Source: a virus (lineage: Duplodnaviria; Caudoviricetes). From it: a stretch of 56,293 bases of DNA. The stretch spans positions 1-56,293 of the IMG/VR virus record IMGVR_UViG_3300035670_000258; one strand, written 5' to 3'. Shown in pieces: positions 9,613 through 17,148 of the stretch (the first letter of the stretch is position 1; each line of letters starts with the position of its first letter). Both the position numbers and the translations under genes were made by a program. A model generated the notes under the pieces. That model was not told where the DNA came from. It made no database searches and was given only the letters and a program-made list of their open reading frames with translations.

Positions 9613-11812
9613 CGTATGTTATAGTTCCGCAGTCGTATATTCGGTATATACCTCTGGATAACATTATTTCTCGTTCAGTTTTATCTGTAATGTCGAACCC
9701 TTCTTTTTTCAACATAGTTTTTCTATAGTTAAACCTATGTACTCGTTTATTATTAATAACGTACCAATAATTAGGCTTATTTACCCTTGTTTGTGTAAAA
9801 CCTAATGTATCATATATGGACCCTTCACTCCATCTTCTATCCGCATAGCTGACCAACTTGATTCGACCGTATGTATTATAGAAGAATTTCAATAGTTTAG
9901 AAGCGCCACCTACCACTGATATATCGATTTTATTACAGAATCGGCTTAATTCATAATGCTCACCTGATGAACCGACGCCCAATCTAGGTTTATTGAAATG
10001 CATCGATGATACTATTTCACCTTTATGTGTCAAGCATATGTTTATACTGGATTTAACTGACCCTTGTAGGTGATTTTCATTTAAGAATGTATCCCGTTCG
10101 ATGTTAGACATAACACGAAGTTCACAATTTCTTGCGTATATCTTATTATCGGTTAATCCCAATATGTTCTTTAACCGTGATTTAACCACATCTTTCTTAT
10201 ATTTCCACTCATCCTCGAATATATGGATAAGTCTGATATTTTTAGCTTCGCATAGATTGGTTTTGTTAATATGATAGTCATCGGGTTTATATAGTTCAGA
10301 ATGCCAATATATTCCATCGAATTCTATTGCTATATTTTTTGATGGAATATATAAATCTAGTTCTAATGGGCCTATAAGATTTTTATCGTTTTCATAAACA
10401 TCTAAGCCGATACTTTTTATATATTCTGTCACTTCAATTTGTGATAGATTGTATTTTTGACCACAGCTTGGGCAACCGTTACCTCTTATATGTGAATCAG
10501 GAACCTGCAAAAATGTGCCGTGTTCTGGACATATTATACTAACATGTTTTTTACAATTTATATATTCGACTTCAGAATAATCATATTTATCGCCATGTGT
10601 AATCTTAGACTCTTCAATAAATTGTGATATATCTTTGGTTTTTAATGAACTTAGTTTAACAAATTTACATTTTGGACATCCATGACCTATCAGATGGGCT
10701 GACGGAGATTGATTAAAATTTCCATGTATCGGGCATATTATAGTAACTTTATCAGCAGATTTAGCGTATTCTACTAATGAGTAATCATATTTCTTACCGT
10801 GAATATTTTTAAATTCTGATATTATAGCATCATTAGTTTTAAGCCTACCCACACATTTAGGACATCCATGACCTTTTAAGTGTGTGGTATAAGATTGGTT
10901 AAATTCACCGTGTTCAGGACATATTATGGTTAGTGGCGAATGATTATTGACGTATTCGATTTTTGAGTAATCGTATCTATTACCTTGGATTGACTTGAAC
11001 TGTTCAACCACTTCTTCCGATATTTTATTCTTGCCCACACATTTAGGACAACCGCCACCGTCCAAATGTACACTTGCCAGTTGTTTAAAATCACCGTGTT
11101 TTGGGCATGTGATAATTACATTGGTGTTTTTATTAGTATATTCAGCTTTATCATATGAATATCTATCACCGTGTATCATTTTCGACTTAACTATAAAGTC
11201 ATCGATAGTTAGTTTAAAATTTTTAGCACACTTAGGACAACCTTGTTTCCTATGGATGTGTTTTTCTAGTGACTGTTCAAACTCTCCGTGTTCCGAACAG
11301 ATTATTTTAACCTTTGATTTGGAGCTAACATAATTAACTTTAGAGTAATCGTACTTATCGCCATGGATTTCTTTAGCTTTAACTATGAACGTTTCAGTAT
11401 CATATGTTTTTTTAGATACCCTACTATCAATAGCGCATTTAGGACAACCTTGTCCGTTTGTGTGGTGTGATGCGAGTTGTTCAAACTCTCCGTGGTTTGG
11501 GCATAGTATTACAATCTTAGTACTAGCGTTATGATATTCTGATTTCGAATAGTCGTATTTATCACCGTGAACCTCCTTCGATTTGATTACGAACGTTTCT
11601 GTCGAGTCAATCCTTGGTGCTTGACATTTTGGACACCCATTCCACCCTCTTAGGTGGTTTGATGGGGTCTGTTTGAATGTTTGACCGTGTTCAGTACATA
11701 TTATGTCAACTTCACTTGTGCTATTCATATAATTAATAGCACTATAATCATATTTATCGAGATATTTTTTTTTAGCTTTTTCGATAAAAGTTTCAGTTTT
11801 ATTTTTTTTCAT
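9596..11812 (-). CDS. Free-standing (Hef-like homing) endonuclease: 7 Zn-binding repeats + PD-(D/E)XK/Vsr-like nuclease + Mom-like GNAT domain
   Basis: Seven units of HGDKYDYS..IICPxHGxFxQ..H..GxGCPKC; nuclease motif ELDLYIP..IAIEFDGIYWHS..LIHIFEDEW; C-terminal NHLQG..YELSRF..SYADRRWS. Confidence 0.8.
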   Translation of the reverse strand: MKKNKTETFIEKAKKKYLDKYDYSAINYMNSTSEVDIICTEHGQTFKQTPSNHLRGWNGCPKCQAPRIDSTETFVIKSKEVHGDKYDYSKSEYHNASTKIVILCPNHGEFEQLASHHTNGQGCPKCAIDSRVSKKTYDTETFIVKAKEIHGDKYDYSKVNYVSSKSKVKIICSEHGEFEQSLEKHIHRKQGCPKCAKNFKLTIDDFIVKSKMIHGDRYSYDKAEYTNKNTNVIITCPKHGDFKQLASVHLDGGGCPKCVGKNKISEEVVEQFKSIQGNRYDYSKIEYVNNHSPLTIICPEHGEFNQSYTTHLKGHGCPKCVGRLKTNDAIISEFKNIHGKKYDYSLVEYAKSADKVTIICPIHGNFNQSPSAHLIGHGCPKCKFVKLSSLKTKDISQFIEESKITHGDKYDYSEVEYINCKKHVSIICPEHGTFLQVPDSHIRGNGCPSCGQKYNLSQIEVTEYIKSIGLDVYENDKNLIGPLELDLYIPSKNIAIEFDGIYWHSELYKPDDYHINKTNLCEAKNIRLIHIFEDEWKYKKDVVKSRLKNILGLTDNKIYARNCELRVMSNIERDTFLNENHLQGSVKSSINICLTHKGEIVSSMHFNKPRLGVGSSGEHYELSRFCNKIDISVVGGASKLLKFFYNTYGRIKLVSYADRRWSEGSIYDTLGFTQTRVNKPNYWYVINNKRVHRFNYRKTMLKKEGFDITDKTEREIMLSRGIYRIYDCGTITYEKSPE

Positions 11813-11843
11813 GTTTTTTTTTCCGTTACCACATATTTACTAA

Positions 11844-11851
11844 CAAAGGTA
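11844..11851 (-). promoter_or_regulatory. Bacteroidota-type -7 promoter element for the endonuclease gene
   Basis: Minus strand TACCTTTG matches TAnnTTTG, about 30 nt upstream of ATG 11812. Confidence 0.5.
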
Positions 11852-11880
11852 ATAATAAATATCATAAACTAAATAAAAAA

Positions 11881-12369
11881 ATGAGCGACTTACTTATGAA
11901 AATGCCACTTCCTTACGAACCGAAAAGGAAAAATAGATTTTTGCTTAGATTCCCTTCTGAATTAGGTATACAAGAGTGGTGGTTGGCGTCAGCGGCAAGA
12001 CCTACAATTACACAATCTGACGTTGAGATACCTTTCTTAAACACCTCAACATTCGTATTAGGTAGATTTGTATGGGAAACGATAGATGTCACATTCCGAG
12101 ATGCTATCGCACCTTCAAGCGCGCAAGCTATCATGGAATGGGTCAGGTTAGGTTCTGAATCTGTAACAGGTAGACAAGGGTACGCTGTGGGTTATAAAAA
12201 AGATGTTGAGTTAGAGATGCTTGACCCTACTGGCGTGGTTATTGAGAAGTGGGTTTTGCAAGGAACTATGTTGACCACCGTTTCTTTTGGTGACCTGAGC
12301 ATGGATGATGATGGTATTGCTGAAATCAACGCAACTTTAAGGTTCGACAGAGCCATCCTTCTTTGGTAA
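11881..12369 (+). CDS. Tail tube protein (gp19-like)
   Basis: YEPKRKNRF, GRFVWETIDVTFRD, YKKDVELEMLDPTGVVIEKWVLQG, LRFDRA. Confidence 0.95.
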   Translation: MSDLLMKMPLPYEPKRKNRFLLRFPSELGIQEWWLASAARPTITQSDVEIPFLNTSTFVLGRFVWETIDVTFRDAIAPSSAQAIMEWVRLGSESVTGRQGYAVGYKKDVELEMLDPTGVVIEKWVLQGTMLTTVSFGDLSMDDDGIAEINATLRFDRAILLW

Positions 12370-12388
12370 TATTTAAATAATTTAATTT

Positions 12389-12430
12389 AAACGTAACATC
12401 ATTCATATTTGGGTGATGTTACGTTTTTTT
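12389..12430 (+). terminator. Intrinsic terminator after the tail tube gene
   Basis: AAACGTAACATCA...TGATGTTACGTTT stem running into a T tract. Confidence 0.8.
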
Positions 12431-12440
12431 GTTATATTTG
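12408..12440 (+). promoter_or_regulatory. Bacteroidota sigma-A type promoter for the second endonuclease
   Basis: TTTG (12408-12411), N21, TATATTTG (12433-12440), just before ATG 12446. Confidence 0.6.
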
Positions 12441-12445
12441 TGGTT

Positions 12446-14134
12446 ATGGACTACATAGAATTCTTCACTGAAAATAACGCCAATGGTCTTAAGACCAAGG
12501 AGAAGTATATATCTGAATCATTTCCAGATATATACGGTAAAATCGTTTCGCATTGTGATTCTGATTGGTTTAAAGTTTTATCTTTCAAGGAGAAGATATG
12601 GTATTTCATGAACGGGGTGACTGATAGGGCAACTTGTTATCATTGCGGAGCTGATGTTAAATTCAAGGGTACATTAAATAAGGGTTATGGTAAGTTCTGT
12701 TCTTTGAGTTGCGCCAATGACAGTGGTATGTTGATTAAGCTACAGAAGGATTCGATAGTTAACAAGTACGGTGTAGATAGCACCAACCAGCTGGAGTCGG
12801 TTAAAGATAAGAAAAGACTATCCTATATCAAGAATTATGGTGTGGATAATCCTATGAAGTCGGATGCAATTAAAAAGAAATTCGCTGACACTATGATTTC
12901 AACACATGGTGTTGATAATCCTATGAAATCTGAGGCCGTTAGGGATAAGTTTATTGAAACTAGTATTGCTCGTTACGGCCATGTCAATCCTTTTCAGTCT
13001 GAAGAAGTGAAGGATAAGATAAAATCGACCAATAACAAACATTTAGGCGTTAATTATCCAACTCAATCTGAGTCGGTCAAGTCTAAATTGAAGGATATTC
13101 GCGTCATTAATCTTAAAGCGCGACACCCGTATATTTTAGCTGTAGACGGGAACATGCTTAAATGTGAATGTGACCGTTGTGGTTCAACGTATGAGATAAG
13201 TAGGGTGTTACTCAATGAGAGATATCGTGAAGGTTATTTATTATGTACTGAATGTAATCCAATTGGCTCTAATTCAGTCAGTGATGCTGAAAAAAAGCTG
13301 GTTGATCATATTAGGGGTCTTGGGGTTGATGTGGTTGAGAATGATACTGAATTGTTGTCTGGTATGGAGCTTGATATATACATACCTAGTCATAATTTAG
13401 CGATAGAATACAATGGGTTATATTGGCATTCTGAGTTGTATAAGTCGAATGATTATCATTTGAATAAAACAAAACTATGTGAGGATAAGGGTGTTAGGCT
13501 AATACATATATTCGAAGACGAGTGGATGTTTAAACAAGATATCGTTAAATCCAGAATAAATAACATTTTGGGTGTGAATGATGTTAAGATATTCGCTAGA
13601 AAGTGTGAGATAAGAGAGGTTTCGGTGGCAGAAGCCAGATTATTTTTGGATACCAATCACATACAAGGGTTTGCAAAATCCAAGGTTAAATTGGGTCTGT
13701 ACTTTAATGATGAATTGGTGTCGTTGATGACATTCGGTCACGGTAGGGTGCTTATGGGTGGTAAGGTTGATGAATGGGAGCTTGTGAGGTTTGCTAATCG
13801 CTTAAATACAAGTGTTGTCGGTGGTGCTAGCAGACTTCTTAAACACTTTATCAATAAGCATCAACCTAAGAATATCATAAGTTATGCCGATAAAAGGTGG
13901 AGTCAAGGCGAATTATATAAAGTACTTGGATTTGACCATATTCACGATAGCAAACCTAATTATTGGTATGTCATAAATAATACTAGGGAGTATCGTTTCA
14001 AGTATAGAAAAAGTGAGCTGATTAAAAACGGCTGTAGTAGTGAGTTAAGTGAGCGACAAATCATGTCTGATAACAAGAGATACCGCATATATGATTGCGG
14101 TAATATGAGGTTTCAGATGGCTCTTTACAATTGA
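12446..14134 (+). CDS. Second Hef-like endonuclease: Zn ribbons + five 23-aa YGVDNP repeats + nuclease + Mom-like GNAT domain
   Basis: CYHC..FCSLSC; repeats KYGVDS, NYGVDNPMKS, THGVDNPMKS, RYGHVNP, HLGVNYP; ELDIYIP..AIEYNGLYWHS..IHIFEDEW. The C-terminal half is clearly homologous to 9596-11812. ATG 12446 preferred over GTG 12413. Confidence 0.8.
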   Translation: MDYIEFFTENNANGLKTKEKYISESFPDIYGKIVSHCDSDWFKVLSFKEKIWYFMNGVTDRATCYHCGADVKFKGTLNKGYGKFCSLSCANDSGMLIKLQKDSIVNKYGVDSTNQLESVKDKKRLSYIKNYGVDNPMKSDAIKKKFADTMISTHGVDNPMKSEAVRDKFIETSIARYGHVNPFQSEEVKDKIKSTNNKHLGVNYPTQSESVKSKLKDIRVINLKARHPYILAVDGNMLKCECDRCGSTYEISRVLLNERYREGYLLCTECNPIGSNSVSDAEKKLVDHIRGLGVDVVENDTELLSGMELDIYIPSHNLAIEYNGLYWHSELYKSNDYHLNKTKLCEDKGVRLIHIFEDEWMFKQDIVKSRINNILGVNDVKIFARKCEIREVSVAEARLFLDTNHIQGFAKSKVKLGLYFNDELVSLMTFGHGRVLMGGKVDEWELVRFANRLNTSVVGGASRLLKHFINKHQPKNIISYADKRWSQGELYKVLGFDHIHDSKPNYWYVINNTREYRFKYRKSELIKNGCSSELSERQIMSDNKRYRIYDCGNMRFQMALYN

Positions 14135-14197
14135 TGGTTTCCACATATCATTAAAAAAACCTTGTTTAAGGCTATTTAATGATATATACTATTGATT

Positions 14198-14485
14198 ATG
14201 AATGAATATCGCTATTTAACGAAAAAACAGATATATGAGAACTTTGATGTTGAATATATCAGAAGACTTATAGCTTATACCGAGGCTAAGCACCCTATCA
14301 GAGTAAAAAATGTCGAAACTAAAGCTCTATTTGAAGAGTTTGGTGGTGAGCAACCTACTAATGTTCTGGTTGATGATATAAAACTCGACAACAAGTATAA
14401 AATAAATGAAGAGGCTACCATTGAGATTCCCAAAGCTCTATTTGAGGAAATGGTTAAATTCATGAATAATAATAAATCAAAGTAA
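14198..14485 (+). CDS. Hypothetical protein (~95 aa)
   Basis: ORF with TATTTA at 14173; contains KALFEE twice. Confidence 0.7.
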   Translation: MNEYRYLTKKQIYENFDVEYIRRLIAYTEAKHPIRVKNVETKALFEEFGGEQPTNVLVDDIKLDNKYKINEEATIEIPKALFEEMVKFMNNNKSK

Positions 14486-14491
14486 AAAGAT

Positions 14492-15448
14492 ATGTCAGAT
14501 ATTAAACCAAATGTATTTCCAACTAAAGACGGTGCTGATAAGAAAGACCTTTATGTGACTCCAGCAACAACTGAGGCTGAGGCTAAGGCTGTTGAGGAGA
14601 TGCGCAAGCGTACTGAGGCCCAGTTGGCTCAGATGAATAAGACTAAGGTTGATGTTCCGACACCAGCTGTCAGTGTCGTTGAGGAACCTAAAGATGTTCT
14701 ATCGCCTTTGGCTGAACCTAAGTGGGGTGCGCCGTATGATTTGGTTCCTTTGCCATCTAAGGGTAAATTATATAAGGGTATCCGTGATGTTGTCAGGGTT
14801 TCTTATATGAGTGGTTCTGATGAGAATATTCTTACTTCACCTAATCTTCTTAAGAGTGGTAAATTCTTGGAGGTGTTAATCAGGAGAAATCTTTTGGAGG
14901 CCAATCTGGATTATCGTAAGTTGCATACTGGTGACAGGAATGCTCTTATGGTATGGTTGAGGTCCACGGCATTCGGTCACATGTATTCGATTTCCATTTA
15001 TAATAGTAAAGGTGAAGTTGAGGATATTGAATTTGATTTGTCGACTTTGAAAACAATTGAGTTAACAGTTGACCCAGATGCGAATGGTCATTTTGAACAT
15101 GTATGTCCAATTACAAAGGATGTAATTAAGTTCCAGTTCATTACAGTGGGTGATGAGGAGGATATTGAAGCCATGTTGGACGCTGATGTCGCTAACGGTG
15201 TTGAGGTCAACAATAGATCGACTTATACATTGCAGAGGCAAATTGTTTCGGTCAATGGTGTAAGCGACTATGAATATATTAAAACCTATGTTGATAATAT
15301 GAGGGTCGGCGCAATTAAAGCGTTCAGAACCTATGTGAATAACATTGAGTCGGGCATAGACTTGAACGTGCAAATTCGGACAAGTGGGGGTGAGTCCATT
15401 ACTACCTTTCTTCCCATTAACGTCAACTTTTTTTGGCCTGACATCTGA
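14492..15448 (+). CDS. Baseplate hub assembly / tail assembly chaperone (gp26-like)
   Basis: VPLPSKGKLY, DENILTSPNL, GDRNALMVWLRSTAFG and terminal PINVNFFWPD; lies between the tube and tape measure genes. Confidence 0.8.
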   Translation: MSDIKPNVFPTKDGADKKDLYVTPATTEAEAKAVEEMRKRTEAQLAQMNKTKVDVPTPAVSVVEEPKDVLSPLAEPKWGAPYDLVPLPSKGKLYKGIRDVVRVSYMSGSDENILTSPNLLKSGKFLEVLIRRNLLEANLDYRKLHTGDRNALMVWLRSTAFGHMYSISIYNSKGEVEDIEFDLSTLKTIELTVDPDANGHFEHVCPITKDVIKFQFITVGDEEDIEAMLDADVANGVEVNNRSTYTLQRQIVSVNGVSDYEYIKTYVDNMRVGAIKAFRTYVNNIESGIDLNVQIRTSGGESITTFLPINVNFFWPDI

Positions 15449-15701
15449 TTACAGGGCTTGGTGGGAGGAGGAGTTATTCGTCTGTAGAAAACATATTGGT
15501 TGGTCCTATGATGATTTGATGAGAATGCCGATTAATAGTAGGCGTTATCAGATACACTTGTTAAAGAACGAGAATAAGGCCAGAGATGAACATTATCAAG
15601 AGAAGCTTGATGAGGTCAGGTCCAAATCGACAGGTACCAGAACGAGAAGGGTTTCTGGGGATGAACTTAAAGCCAAGATAAAACGGGGCGAGGTTGATTA
15701 A
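15429..15701 (+). CDS. Downstream chaperone segment (gp51-like / 'T' part), probably translated by frameshift from the preceding gene
   Basis: Frame +1 relative to 14492-15448: FFGLTSDYRAWWEEELFVCRKHIGWSYDDLMRMPINSRR. No credible start of its own before the conserved-looking region; joined at a T7 run (15428-15434). Confidence 0.65.
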   Translation, partial: FFGLTSDYRAWWEEELFVCRKHIGWSYDDLMRMPINSRRYQIHLLKNENKARDEHYQEKLDEVRSKSTGTRTRRVSGDELKAKIKRGEVD

Positions 15702-15744
15702 ATATGTTAGAATGCATATTTATCTATAAACCAATTCTGTTGTC

Positions 15745-17136
15745 ATGAAGATTTTTATAACTGAATCCCAATTCAAACGAATTATTGAGGCTGTTGATCT
15801 TAATGGCTCATTCACGAAATTAAAGGTGGGTGATATATTGGTATTGAGTATTTCCAGTGATAAGGGTGATTTTGACTATAAGTTCAAAGTCGTAAAAGAT
15901 ATGGGTGATAGTTGGATGCTATCCAATTTCAATGTTGGCAGTGTTAATACTGGTTTTGATTTCTATGTTAAGAAAAACGAGAATATTAACGATGCTAAGG
16001 TGGTTATGGTCAAGGTCAGTAAGAAGGATAAATCACGTAAGGAGTTAAATGCAACGATAAAAAATATTAAGTCTGCAAAAATCGGTGATGATGTTTTGGA
16101 TTTGGCTAAAATTGAGAAATCATATGATGCTGCTCTTATTAAAATTGAAAAGGCTGAGCCGAATATAGATAACGAATCGGCTCATAATAAGGCCGTGGCC
16201 GTGATTAAGAATCAATTCGGTGACATACCAGAGGTTGAGATTATCGATAATGCTGGTTATGGTAGGGTTAATAGAGGTGGAAAAAGCGGTAATCTTAACC
16301 CTGAAGATACTGAATTTACAGATGTTCCTAAAGATTTTACCATAGATACTATAAAATCTAAATTCGTAGAGGGTTCAGGTGTAAAACTAACATTGAAAAA
16401 TGGCGATGAGTTGGATTTTAATGTAATTTCAGGTAGTGGTGATGCTTTTATGATTGAATTGATTAAAACTAAGAGTGAAGAATATAATGAATATGAGGAA
16501 GTTCAGTTTAATGTAAAATTAAATCCAGATAATATAGAACTAAGTCCAGACGGAGAATATTTCAATATGAATATATCTATTGCAACAACAACGGCCACTA
16601 CTAGACCTGTTGTAATAAAATATATTGTGAATATTGATAAAACAAAAAAATTCGATGACGATGTTGAGTTAAGTAAAAAGAATTTGTTAAGAATTATCAT
16701 GGGTGACCCCGTACTTAAAAATGCTTTTGCCAATACACCTACGTTAATGGGTTTAATTAATATTGGTGATGTAAGGGGTATATCAAAAGCATACGACATA
16801 CTAAATAGAACTGGGTTCAACGTTGACGATTCAGATGACGACGGGGGTAAAAATCAGAATTTTGCTGATAAATTCTCAAGCGGTTACAAGGTTGAAATAT
16901 ACTTAGAGAATCGTGTAAAGTTCACGCAAGGTAATGCTATAGATGGCGGTAAAAAGGTAGTTGGTGTAACAAAAAGCGGTAGAAAAGTAACATTGACTGA
17001 TGAAGACAATAATACTTATGGTTTAGTGGAGGAATTACCAAATGATAAGTATGTAGTAAATGTTAAACGACCAAAAAATAATAATCGAGAAAAAACGACA
17101 ATTAAAGTTTTGGACTATAAATATAAAAGAGGTTAA
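15745..17136 (+). CDS. Lys/Asp-rich hypothetical protein, possible internal head protein
   Basis: 463 aa beginning MKIFITESQFKRIIE; own TATTTA motif at 15717. Confidence 0.6.
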   Translation: MKIFITESQFKRIIEAVDLNGSFTKLKVGDILVLSISSDKGDFDYKFKVVKDMGDSWMLSNFNVGSVNTGFDFYVKKNENINDAKVVMVKVSKKDKSRKELNATIKNIKSAKIGDDVLDLAKIEKSYDAALIKIEKAEPNIDNESAHNKAVAVIKNQFGDIPEVEIIDNAGYGRVNRGGKSGNLNPEDTEFTDVPKDFTIDTIKSKFVEGSGVKLTLKNGDELDFNVISGSGDAFMIELIKTKSEEYNEYEEVQFNVKLNPDNIELSPDGEYFNMNISIATTTATTRPVVIKYIVNIDKTKKFDDDVELSKKNLLRIIMGDPVLKNAFANTPTLMGLINIGDVRGISKAYDILNRTGFNVDDSDDDGGKNQNFADKFSSGYKVEIYLENRVKFTQGNAIDGGKKVVGVTKSGRKVTLTDEDNNTYGLVEELPNDKYVVNVKRPKNNNREKTTIKVLDYKYKRG

Positions 17137-17148
17137 GTTTAGTGGATA

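Noticed and set aside
14321-14445. 14-bp direct repeat AAAGCTCTATTTGA (14321 and 14432) as a recombination site
   Set aside because: Both copies are in frame and encode KALFE within one small ORF; more simply an internal peptide duplication.
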